From: Callorhinchus milii
Taxonomy: Eukaryota
Direction: 5' to 3'
Assembly: GCF_018977255.1 (NCBI RefSeq)
Contig: NW_024704742.1
Coordinates: 52,206,001-52,270,000, forward strand
DNA length: 64,000 nt
The notes below the pieces were generated by a model. The model made no database searches. It worked only from the letters and a program-made list of their open reading frames with translations, and was not told where the DNA came from. Position numbers and translations under genes: made by a program. Position 1 is the first letter of the stretch. Each line of letters opens with the position of its first letter. Positions 14,495 to 26,217 of this stretch are shown here, piece by piece.

Positions 14495-15146
14495 GAACAA
14501 CAACTTGCACTTATATAGCGCCCTCCATGTAGGGTAGCAACTCACAGTGCTTAACAGTGGTGGAGCCTGACTCTGAAGATGGTTACTTAAGTAGGCCTCG
14601 AACCATGCGATTGTGGTCCCATTAAGGTGGATGATGGAGGAGAGGCAGTGGAGGAAGATGGCATGGTCGATGTGGAAGAGAGATCCAGGAGGACGAGGAG
14701 GCAGAGGGAGCCCTGGTCAGTGATAGAAAGGATATCATTTGTGACTTTGGCAAGCACTGTCTCTGTGCCGTGGGCAGGATGAAAACCAGGCTGCAGGGGC
14801 TCGAGGAGGGAGTGGAGGGAAAGGTGTGACTGAAGTTGACCTGCAACAATGTGTTCCAAGACTTTAGAAATGAAGGATAGGTTGGAAATGGGACTGTAGT
14901 GTCAGAGTTTAGAGGGATCGAAAGTGTTTTTTTTGAGAAGGGATGTGATAACAGTAGTTTTCAGGGGTTGTAGATCAGAGCCTGAAGAGAGAGACTGATT
15001 GACTGTGTCAGCCAGCAGAGGGGAGAGGAAGGGGAGTTGAGTGACCAGCAGCTGGGTGGGGAGAGGGTCGAGGCAGCAGGTGGTGAACTTCATGCGGGTG
15101 ATTGTGGTTTAGAGGGAGGAGGGAGAAATGGGGGCAAAGAAGGGGG
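14495..15146 (-). mobile_element. L2-clade LINE reverse-transcriptase fragment with 3' tail
   Basis: Frameshifted RT peptides CCLDPLPTQLL and LEPLQPGFHPAHGTETVLAKVTNDIL...LLVLLDLS, with tail ...GGAGGGCGCTATATAAGTGCAAGTTGTTG. Confidence 0.85.
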
Positions 15147-16594
15147 AACAACAACAACAAGATTCCATTTATAGAGTACCTTTCACGTCGGGAGGACATC
15201 CCAAAGCACTGGACAGTTGGGTCAGGACCCGAGCAGGGGGCAAATGGTCAGGGTGAGGGGAGGGAAGGGAGGGAGCGAGGAGGGGGTAGAGAGTTGAGAG
15301 GGGAGCTGAAGGCACGGTCAAAGAGAAAGGTCTTGAGACCGGCCTTGAAGGAGGAAAGGGAGGAGACAAGGCGAAGGCACTGGGGGATAGAGTTCCAGAG
15401 CCTCAGGGCTGAGAGGCTGAAGGCCTGGCCACCGATGGTAGGGTGGTTGGGGCGGGGGATCTGGAGCAGACTGGAGCCAGAGGAACGGAGGATACGGGCA
15501 GGTAAGTAGGGGGATAGTAGGTCAGAGAGGTAGGAGGGAGCAAGGCCGTGAATGGCCTTGTAAGTGAGGATGAGGATCTTGAATTCGATCCTCTGGGGGA
15601 TGGGAAGCCAGTGGAGGCAAGTGAGGGTGGGAGTGATGTGGTCACGAAGCCTGGTAGGAGCAGTGGCAGGAGCTGTGGTGGAGGGAGGGAGAAGGCAGCG
15701 TGGATGGTCTGGATGGGGTGGAAGGGGACATGGGGTGGCGGGGGGGGGGGGATGTTGATGAAGCAGCTAAGCAAAGGTTTTAATTTTTGAGGCGAAGAAG
15801 TCTAGGACCTCTTCACACTTGACATTTTATGTGAGGATAGAGGAGCTAGAGGGAATGCACGGAAGGGGTAATGGATGGTGGAGAACAGTGTCTGGGTTGC
15901 TTTTGGCTTCCAGGATGACTTTGGAGTAAAAATCAGTTTGGACCAGTGGAAGAGAGAGGCAGTGGGTGCGGAGGTGCTCGAGTCACAGATTGCAGTGAAT
16001 CGTGAGGCCGGATTTCTGTCATCTGCGCTCAAGCGCCCGGGCTTGGGTTTTAAGTAAGCAGAGATGATTGTAGTGCCAGAGGGAGCAGGTGGTTTTGGAA
16101 ACAGTCCTGGATTCCCCTCTAGCTCCTCTAGTGAATTAAAGGTTGTGGAAAGACAGTAATTCAGCAGCCTGGTGACTGCATCAGGATTGCTGTGGGTGGA
16201 GGGCCAGATGGAGAGGAAGTCCAAGAAAGAGAGGGTATTTGTGAGGGACTCGGGGGAAGCTTTTTCCAGGGGCAGAAAAGAATGGTGGAGGGCTTGGATG
16301 AGGGGAGGGGGATGCGGGTGGAGAGAGAGATGAGTAAATGGTCCAAGATGGCCTTGTCCATGATGGACCGGTCGGAATTGTCAAGGCCATGTGTGATGAC
16401 GAGGTCGAGGGAATGGCCACAGTTGTGGATCGGTGAGTTGATCTAGAGGGTGAGGTTTAGGGAGGAGAGGAGGGCAGTGAAATCTGAGGAGATGGTGCAA
16501 GAGGAGTTAAGATGGAGGTTGAAATCACCCATTATGAGCAGGTGTTCAGTGCAGAGGGATAGGGATGAGAGGAGAGAGAAGATATCAGTGAGGA
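15147..16594 (-). mobile_element. L2-clade LINE, internally deleted; inverted relative of 6396-7740
   Basis: The reverse complement is highly similar to 6396-7260 and shares the same 5' start (TCCTCACTGATATC). Poly-C junction near 15740, then an L2 3' end and (TTG)n tail. Confidence 0.85.
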
Positions 16595-17045
16595 TACATT
16601 AATGCAATAAAAACATTAGTGCACAATTTGTATAAATGGTGCAATTGCTTTCTCAGAAGCTCTCACTTATTTGCGCAGCAAAGTCTAATTGCATTTGCTT
16701 TATGCACTTTACAGCCCGTAATTGCCTTTTATTGATTTTTCGCTCTAAAATGTTGGACAACTGTAGAACTCCACAGACTGTGCATAAACTATTGAATTAC
16801 ACTCAGCAGCTTACAGGTTGCAGTTGTTCTTACAGATGTTTATGATCCAGTAGTAGACGAACCCAGCCTGTTTGCTCGGTGCCTGCCAATCCGATCAGGG
16901 GGTTGTGGTCAATCACATGTCAGCGACAGGCAGCGAGTGTTGGTTCAGTTGTGAGCGTTGATTCCGTGTGACTTCTGGGATCTCAGAGCTTGAAGAGAAG
17001 CTGTGGGGCTGTGGGACTGATGAGATGTCACTTGGCACTTTAGCT
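16595..17045 (+). promoter_or_regulatory. Candidate Pdx2 proximal promoter / 5'UTR
   Basis: Unique sequence between a LINE end (16594) and the ATG. Contains an Onecut/HNF6-type TATTGATT (16730-16737), a FoxA-type TGTTTGC (16869-16875), CCAAT (16886-16890) and the E-box CACATG (16914-16919). These are motif matches only. Confidence 0.45.
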
Positions 17046-17367
17046 ATGGATGGTGGCGTGGACTACTTCGACACTGCCTGTCAATACGAGAGTTCAGAGC
17101 TGGGCCTGGATCCACCTGCCTGTACCCAGGCCAGGGCGCAGCAGCCCCAGTTACTGATATCGTGTCTGGGTGATTTGGACCAGAATAACGTGGCGGGTGT
17201 CAACCTTTACGAGAGTCCCCCGGGTTCGGATCCCGGACACTTCTCCCAGTCTGATCACCTCACTTCAGGGTTTGGGGATGAGCTTCTGCTGCATCAGGGG
17301 CGCTATCCGTTCCCCTGGATGAAGAGCACGAAATCACACACCTACACGCTAAGGAGCCAGTGGACAG
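17046..17367 (+). CDS. pdx2: Pdx2 (Pdx/Xlox ParaHox homeobox gene) exon 1
   Basis: Reads MDGGVDYFDTACQY...DPPAC...LDQNNVAGVNLYESPP...YPFPWMKSTKSH...QWTG. It has the Pdx PPAC motif and the hexapeptide FPWMKSTK, and ends at a phase-1 donor ACAG|GTATGG. An alternative in-frame ATG lies at 17025. Confidence 0.92.
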
Positions 17368-20012
17368 GTATGGTTACAGGGTTACAGGGTTACAGGGTGA
17401 TCGATTATTAAGCTCAGCGCTTGGTTTGAGTCTAAAGCTACAGTGGGGGTGGAATGGACAAACCAGGTCATTATTGCCCACCATATATGTAAACCTTACA
17501 CACATATTGCACACCTGTAGGTGCATCGCACACTTAAGTTCTTTCTGCGTCAAGATTTGTTCTATTTCTGCTGTATTTTTGGAAGTCAGTGTTTAGGCGA
17601 CTTGTTTAGTTCGGTCTAAACTTCGAAGTTTCTTTTTAAAAAATTTTTTTTTATACAAATACCCCAGACCTCGCTGGAATTTCAATCTACAGGTGTATGC
17701 GTGCACTTAGGTTGATGCATATGTTGTGCAAATATGCAGTGCATAACAGAAAAAACAGTTCAAAAAGTATGGCAGCCAAATAAATAATACAACTAATTAA
17801 ACGCCCTGTTTAGTTGTTCACCCTGACGGCACCAAATAAAATAAAAGCACAACAGTACATAAGTTTCAATGGTATTTTACGAACACTGTTCATTCGAATC
17901 AAGTGAGTGCATTGAACATGTATGTTAAACCTGGCCATGTTGCATGCTGTTTTGGGAATGATGTCGCTGCTGGAATTCGGGAATTGTTACCTGCGGAAAG
18001 TAACCCCTCACAGCAAAATAATGTGGATTGTGATAAATTGTCTGAAGAGATCCAATAGGAATTTTACTTCCCTGAAAATGTCACCCCGGGAGACTGCGCT
18101 GGGTTCATAGTGACACTGATCCGATTGCAGTGTGTGTTGGATTTAAAGGCCCAGATCTCTTACAAACTATCTTGCACACAGTGGTTTGGCTGGTTTTGCG
18201 TGGATTGGATCAATCAGTATTTTTTTCTGATAAACGTGTTTCAACGCTGGATGCAGCAGCTCTTCAAACGCACATACCCGCGCTTTAAGAATAAAATGTA
18301 TTTTCAACTACATTATCCGAAATGCACAGTTGAATTCCTTTGAAATATTATTTTATCCTGTTTTGAACGGCGCTTGCATTCAGGGTAAATGTCTAAACAT
18401 ATTTACGCCTGCCAGACTTCAATGACAAGTTAACGTGGTAACTAATATAATTATAATTACGGTACTAACATAATTTTTAAATAAAGAGCGGGATGAGGTC
18501 TGAAGAGGGGTTTTAATTTAATTTAACACACGGTTGTCGTCGGGAATCATGCATACCTTTTCCTAGTTGCAATCTCTATGTGTGACAATGAAATACAAGA
18601 TCCAAGTTTCATATTTAATGTATAATAACGTGCTGCGAAATCGCATTGCACTTAATTCTGAGTGGGTCACTTGCTCAGTAATAATATCCCTGGAACTTCT
18701 AAAAGTTAGATATTTTGTGGTATACGTTTCGAAATGAGTGATGCAGGGATAATGACAAATGCAATGCGCCACATATTGATCCCCAAAGCAAATGATGAAG
18801 TATAGAATATTGATAGCACCAGAATGTACCCCCCCCCCCCCCCCACACACACACACTTTTAGGCAAAAATGACTCAAGACCAGAAAAGCTCTTCTTTAGG
18901 GGCAGAGAATAAGGACTTTTGGTTAATTTTTAAACACAAAATAAAAGAATTACATATAAAGCTAATAAAGCCATAGAGCGAATTAGGAGTGAATTAGGAA
19001 TGGAGCGAATTGGGTTCCAGATTCATTTAAAATACTGCAGTACAGTAAGTGTCACTTAAAATTTCCTTTAGCTCTAGAAATTCTTTACATCATAAATAAA
19101 ATTAAATACGTAGGATACCGAGGCTAGCAATAAAGATATACAAACTTATTTTGCAGTAAACTAGAGAATATATATAATAAAATACAATCAAAATACAATT
19201 GACCTTTGCAAGAAATCTATCTGCAGCGAATATAAAATAATGCCAAAGGTGAAGCTTAGCGTATTAAATGCTTCTGTTGGTGCTTCGGTTGTATTAACAA
19301 CAACAAAAACTTGCACTTATATAGCGTCCTCCACGCGGGGTAGCGTCTCAGAGCGCTTATTAAACAATACAGTTAATTATTTTGAAGAGCTGCAGATATT
19401 TGCAATCTTCAAGCACACTGTTAGTTTCAGAGAACACCTTTTGAGCACAGTAACCGCTCCAAGCGCAATTTTCTATAGAAACTGACTGCAGTGGAATGGA
19501 GAGCAATACTTCTATGGAGGCAATTTTATTTTGCTCTCGTTGAAAACGGCAATGCAGGTTTGAGAAATTGATGAGGGGGTAAGTCAGTTATCCGAGATGG
19601 GGGATCCATTCACTTTCTGTAAAAAATACAATATTCGTATTTTACACGTGCCTGTTTATCCCATCTTTCACACAGGTTGGTTAGGTCTTTCCAATCTGTA
19701 AGTAGACTACGTTTCCACAAGTCAAGCTGAACGCCAGAAACGCTATCCTTGCGAGAGGATATATATTATTGCGATAAATTGTGTTTTTTCTTTACAACGC
19801 AAAGTATTGCAGCTCAAGTCTTTCAAAAGTGCAATCCGTTTCCTGGCGTCAGGTTCAGGCGCTTCGCAGAACATACTGTAGAGTCAGTTGACTGTGTAGT
19901 TTCGTGGGCGAAACATGGGAGCCAATTGCGCACAGCAATGAATACATGGAGAATGATGCTGGGTGGTCAACAGCTAATGTAAAGGAGATCATTTACACTA
20001 GTTTTGTTGCAG

Positions 20013-20380
20013 GAAACGGTTTTGCAATGGAAGTGGATGAAAGCAAAAGGACGCGCACGGCTTATACCAGGGGACAGCTGTTGGAGCTGGAGAAGGAATT
20101 CCACTTTAACAAGTACATCTCCAGACCTCGACGCGTTGAACTGGCGATAATACTGAACCTCACAGAGAGGCACATCAAGATCTGGTTCCAAAACAGGAGG
20201 ATGAAGTGGAAGAAAGAAGAAGCGAAACGACAAACTCAAACGGTTTCAAACAAATCCAAAACTTCAGTGCAGGAAAAGTGTTCAGTGGAAGCGGAAGAGA
20301 GGAACACGACATCCACCAGAAAGCACAGTGATTTTGCTGTGCCTGGAATCAACAGCGATATTAGACAATTCATCTCATAA
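20013..20380 (+). CDS. pdx2: Pdx2 exon 2 (homeodomain, 20042-20221)
   Basis: Acceptor ttttgttgcag|GA matches the phase of exon 1. Encodes [60 protein letters not shown], with the Xlox/Pdx-diagnostic His44 and the YISRPRR motif; stop TAA ends at 20380. Spliced CDS is 690 nt (229 aa). Paralogue assignment rests on linkage to PDGFRA. Confidence 0.95.
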
Positions 20381-21074
20381 AATAAAAGTAAAAATAAGTG
20401 CTGTTAAAATAAACCAATTGATCGTTGCCTGTCGCCCAGTGCTGATGAATGTTGTAGCAAGGTTTAGAATTTATCAAACAAGATTGTAGCAGGTGCAATC
20501 ATTCACGTTTTGGGATATTTAACCTACTCTTGCGAAGCAAATGCAAAATATATTGACTATTTTATTAAACGTGTTTCATTGCATGGTATAAATTAGCCAA
20601 GTACGCAAGTCTCAGCGCTCCTCAGTCAGTGATGGGCATATCGATGTTTTTGATGTAATAATCCACCTGTTCAGACTCAAGAAACGAAACTTAATGTACA
20701 CATTGCTGTCAGCAATAAACGGACAATAGTCTCTGGATATTTAATTCTCTGTTCAGTTTACATTTCGCTAAAACATATAGAAAATGTGGATGTGAAACGT
20801 ACGTTTCTTTTGTAAAAAGATATATATATATATATTGCAGCTGAGATTCCTGTCAGTAGCCTGACAGGGGCAGGTAGATTTGTGGTTTAGCTGGACCGAC
20901 CTTTAACATTAAATATTTGCTTCAGAGCAAACCTCAGCCCTCAGGGATTACTCGACAACTGTAATGTTTGTCGCATCGACCAGATCGAATCTATAATGCA
21001 ATTGACACAGGGATCGAGTTTAGCTACAAAAGGCCCGTGTGTACTCTCTACTAGGTATGGTGATATATTACAAC

Positions 21075-21500
21075 ACCAACAACAAATTACATTTGTATAG
21101 CACCTTTCATGTTGGGAGGTTGTCCCAAGGCGCTGGACAGTCAGTGCTTGGGACCCGAACTGGGGGTGGGGATTGGGGCTGGTGGAGGGGACTGGGTGGG
21201 GGGGGGTTAGCAGGGAGATCAAAAGCACTGTCGAAGAGGAGGTCTTGAGATGGGTCTTGAAGGAGGCAAGGGAGGGGACGAATTCGAGGGATTGCAGGAT
21301 GACGTTCCAGAGGGCGGAGTGGCAGAAAGTCCACCTGCCAATAGGGGAGGGGCGGGCGAGGCGGGGGACGTGAAGCAGGCCGGAGCCTGCTGAGTGGAGG
21401 GAGCGGGTAAGTTGTTAGGGGGTTAGGGGGTCGCAGAGGTAGGGGGGAGCAAGGCCATGAGGGCTTTGAAGGTGAGGAGCAGGATCTTGAACTGTATCCT
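21075..21500 (-). mobile_element. L2-clade LINE 3' fragment
   Basis: Reverse complement of the same 3' end seen at 13430-13865. Confidence 0.8.
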
Positions 21501-21839
21501 CTGTGCGATGGGATGTATCCTCTCTGCAATGCACTTTATAAACCACAAGATACAACAACAAGATTTCATTTATAGAGCGCCTTTCACGTCGGGAGGATGT
21601 CCCAAGGCGCTGGACAGATAAAGACTGACTGGTGTCTGAAGGAAGAGTCAAAGAGATATATCTTTAGAGGGATTTTGACCACAGAGATAGAGGAGGCAAG
21701 AAGGATTTGGGTTGAAACCTTGCATATTGATAGGTCTAAAGAGTGGGGATATGTTTTTTTTTTGCAGCTGGGTGTCGGACACATGCGGAAACCCATAGGC
21801 CAAGTTTAAGAGTATCCAAACCAAACTAAGAATTCCATG

Positions 21840-22064
21840 TACAAAACATAAAATACTGCAGATGCTGGAATCTGAAACAAAAACAGAGAGAGCTGGGAAA
21901 ACTCAGCGGGTCAGGCAGCATCTATGGAGAAAGGAAAGTGAGTCAACATTTCGGGTCCATGCCCTTCATCTGATCTTTATCGTGGACCCGAAACATTGAC
22001 TCACTTTCCTTTCTCCACAGATGCTGCCTGACCTGTTGAGTTTTCCCAGCTCTCTGTTTTTGTT
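21840..22064. mobile_element. Fold-back (palindromic) Penelope-like non-autonomous element with 13-bp target-site duplication
   Basis: Inverted arms of ~85 bp (21875-21959 and 21983-22065), flanked by the direct repeat TAAGAATTCCATG at 21827-21839 and 22065-22077. The family assignment is inference. Confidence 0.75.
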
Positions 22065-24479
22065 TAAGAATTCCATGCATCTCACCTACACATGGCGATT
22101 CCAGAGATATTTGTTGGAATGCAGTGCACTCTCTCTCTCTCTCTCTCTCTCTAGTGGGAGGCATCCTGCTTACCTAATTCAAGAAAGTATTAGCTGCAGG
22201 TTGGCAGGAACCAAGGCTTGAGGACTAAAGACTTTTGGAGTCTAACCAGCTAAAACTGCATAGTTTGCCATTGAATGCACTTCCTGGCAAACTTTCCCAC
22301 TGCTTCTCCAGCTACAACCTCCCTACTCACGAGGGCTTTGGATTGCAGGGTTAACAGGAGCTGAGTGGGAAGACTTGTCCCAGTGACTGGTCTGCCCTTC
22401 CAAGTTCTCCAATGAGCCAGGCTGACTGTGCTATCATCAGCGGTGCCCTGGAATACTATGAACCCACCTGGCTTAGGGAACGCTACAGAGGGCCGGCTCA
22501 ATTCCAACATTCCATTGCTAGGCATAGGCAGATCACCTTGGAACCAGTTCAGCTACAAGGAGACTCCACTTATCCCCCACCAGCACTCACCACCCCCCCC
22601 CCCACCTCCCCCAGAGAGTCTGAGGGATATGCAGCAGGCTGGCACAGCAGAGGGAGTGGCTGTCGGAGTAGGACATTAGGAAATCACAGAAGTAGAGTGG
22701 GGAAAGGTCATGGAGGCATGTGGAGATGCAGACACAGATCTTAAACTCGATCCGGTGGGGATAAGGAGCAAATTAAGCCAAGAAAGGGTGGAGGTGATCA
22801 GTTCACAATCGAGACTGGGAGAGGATGAGGACTGTGGAGTTTGGGATAGCCTGGAGCTTGTGGAGGGTAGAGCAAGGAAAGCCTTGAACAAAACATTGGA
22901 AAAGTCCAGCCTGGACTTGATAAAGGTGCAGATGAGAGTTTGGGCTATTTGGGAATGTATAGTTTACAGGAATAGTATTCATGATTTCTACTCCAGTCCC
23001 AACATGTTTACTGTTGACAATAATAATAAATATTGCAATTCATTACGATTTTTGTGGCATATTATTTATTATGCACACATTAATATGTCATATCAAAAAA
23101 CAAAAAGCCATAAAAATGCTCACATTATCAAAATATATATTTAAAATGTGCTATATAATCTGTATTAAAAGGTGCAATGTGAGGTTTATGAATTACAAGA
23201 ATAATTCCTGCATTTGACATAAGGAGTCTTTAAAGTTGGGAGAATATCTCAAAGTGCTTCACAGAATTTACTGCATAGTGTAATGACTGTATATTTTGTA
23301 GGCGAAGTTTGCAGTCAATTTTATCTGGGGGATTTGTGGCAGTTGTGTTATGACTTGAGATTTCACGGGGGGGTGGGGGGGTGGAGCGTTCCAGGCTGAA
23401 TTCTATGGGTTCACTGTCTGTGGATATCTATAACTAATGGTACAACTGCATATTACATCATTCCCAATTGGAAACTTGTCTCACCAATGACCCAGCACCA
23501 CTGACCCAATAAAAGGAAATGGTGCATTTCCTTGTTGTTTGAGCCATTATAGAATGGAGACTTTACATAATCCGGGTTGTGTTTCCACAACGCAAACAGC
23601 AGGCAAAGAAACATTCTTTGTGTGCTGTTTACGAGGTCGAAACACAACCCGATTACTGTACAAACAAGTAAATGGATTTGTTCAAAATATACTCTGATAT
23701 TTATTACGTTATTAAAATCAATTCATGTTTCATGGAGCTTTGAGAAATATAGCTTATTGCTAATTTCAAAGGAATACAATGTGGCAGTAAGTTCACCATG
23801 GAAATTATTGTATTCAGCCTTCTATACCTGTTCAGTGTTAGTTTCATATCTAATGTGATAATATTGTAATATAATATGCACAATGTGAGTAAATATTCCT
23901 ATAAATCACAAGGATAATATGAACACTGAAGATCACATCTGGATTTTGTCAAGTTGAAATCGCTGTTATTAGGACAGATGTTGGGAAATGCCTGAATTTT
24001 AATTCTGGTGACCAGAGCATTTGACATCTCCAGTTGAGCAGGTTTGCTTAAAGGTTTGCTTGGAGGGTGAGAGAAACATTGCCTGAACCAATGAAGGATT
24101 GGTTCAGGCAACAGCATTATTAGCCAACTATACTCACCTAGACTACGATGATGAAGTTGCCCAAGTTCAAGGTTTATACAAATGACCAGTGGTCACATAC
24201 TCTAATATAACCAGTATTGAGCAGATGGTGCTTCAAAAAAAGTTAGAATTTTTTAAAATTTATGGCACATCACGTGTAAAATACAAAAGCAATTTATATT
24301 TCAATACTGACTTGTTCAGTAATGTTGCTGCCAAATAAACGTTGCAGAACAAGGCTGACTTTTGCCCTCGTATCTTGTGCAAACAGAAAACTGACACTGT
24401 ACAACTACAGATAGGCCTTAAGTGTTCTGTCTCACATGGCAACGCATAGCAACACACAACAACGCACCTGGGAAAAGGT

Positions 24480-26216
24480 GAACGTTTTGATTAGTTGCCA
24501 TATTCTGGGAGACTAAAGGTTCAAAGTGCACATATGAACTGGATTTGAGAACCCTGCAAGTTAGACATAAGGGAAGTTTCCTTATGTTTCAGGAACAAGT
24601 TCCTTGGATGAAGCAAGAACTACCCACCTTGTTGAATACACACTGACCAGGGTTTCTGCAGACAACATGCTGCTGTAGCACTATAAACAGGAGCAATGCA
24701 AAGAGAGTGAATTAAAGGTGATTTAAAATGTTATCGATCTGTGTGGGATAAAAACTGACTGACATACCAGTATCCTGCTTCAAAAACTGTGGTCATTGGT
24801 TTTCAAGGGCAAGACATGGATTCAGAAGTGGCTCAAGGGAAGGAAAAGAGGGTCTTTGTTAGGGGAGCAAGGTGAAAATGGGGAGAGATATTAAGCAGGG
24901 TGCATCAGGACTTTGTACTTGCACCCCTCCTGTTCCTCCTATGTACTAATCACCTGGATTTGCAGACCCAGTGTAAGATAATTACATTTGCAGTCTTCAC
25001 CAAGTTGCGGGAATCAGTGGAGGCAGCAAAGCTCCTACAAAGAGAGCTTCAAAAGGCTGATGACTGGTAAATTAAATTTAATACAGGTAATGGAAACTAC
25101 TACATATAGGATGCGAGAATAGGACACTCAAGTACTCCAGAGATGGCTCTGGTGGGGTTCAGCATAAATCCCGAGGCATCGAGGGCCCCCTGTCATCATG
25201 CAAACCCATTGACATCATCTCCCTTCCAACCTAACCTGCTGGAGGGGAGGGGACACCTCACCACACCACCCCTCCAGGCCCACACTGGCCGCCCTCCAGC
25301 CAGTATCCATGCTGCCAGGATGGGACATCTGCCCACTAGGTTTGGTAGAGGCCCCAGAATTGAGCTTAGCATGGGGCCCTCCTGGAGCAAATGCGGGGTT
25401 TGATGGATAGGAACATAGGAACAGGAGGAGGCCGTTTAGCCCTACAAACCTGTTCTGCCATTTAATTAGACCATGGCTGATCTGTACCTCAACTAATCCT
25501 TTCAATTCCAATTTTGCACTTTCTCCACGTATCCCTTAATATCCTGACCTACCAAAATCTACCAACTTCACTTTTGAAGGTGTGGATGGATCCAGCATCC
25601 ACAGCCTTTTGGGGGAGAGGATTCCAGATTTCTACTACCCTTTGAGTGAAAAATACTTCCTGATTTTACTCTTAAATGGCCTGATTCTAATTTTAAGACT
25701 GTGCCCCCTTGTTTTGGATTCCCCCACAAGAGGAAATAGCTTGTCTGTATCTACCCTTTCGAATCCCTTTATCATCTTAAACGGGACAACCCCTCATGGA
25801 TGGGGTAGAATTTGTAAAGGGAAAAACTGAAAGAGATCCAGAGATGTTAGTTGACTCTTTGTTCGCTGTATCAAAACAGTAGGCTACATTGTTTAGATCC
25901 TTAGATGTTATACTCAGACTGTATCATGCTCTGGTTCGACCACATCTGGAATATCACATCTAGTTCTGGTTATGGTGACACAAGGGAAGTTGCCTTATGT
26001 TTCATTATGTCCATCCTCTAGAAAGAGGCAGTGCAGAGAAGAGCAACAAGAATGATCCCCAGAATTGAGCAATGAGCTATGAGCAATGATTGGACAAACT
26101 AGGATTCAGAGAAGCACTAGCCCTGAAGACTCAGTCGTCAGAGAGGATAACTTTGAGGGGACCTCATAGAAGTGGATAACATTTTAAATGGGATTGAAAA
26201 AGTAAACCCAGAACAA
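24480..26216 (+). mobile_element. Highly decayed CR1-clade LINE RT/3' region, interrupted by younger insertions (including a minus-strand CR1-type 3' end at ~25408-25780)
   Basis: Nucleotide remnants of CR1 ORF2 motifs (GVxQG, 'ggttcgaccacatctggaata' = VRPHLEY, 'gtgcagagaagagcaacaagaatgatccc' = VQRRATRMIP). Boundaries are approximate. Confidence 0.6.
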
Positions 26217-26217
26217 T

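Noticed and set aside
19904..20012. N-terminal extension of the homeobox ORF shown in the track
   Set aside because: It is intronic sequence upstream of the 20012/20013 acceptor and overlaps a minus-strand SINE fragment. The true N-terminus comes from exon 1.
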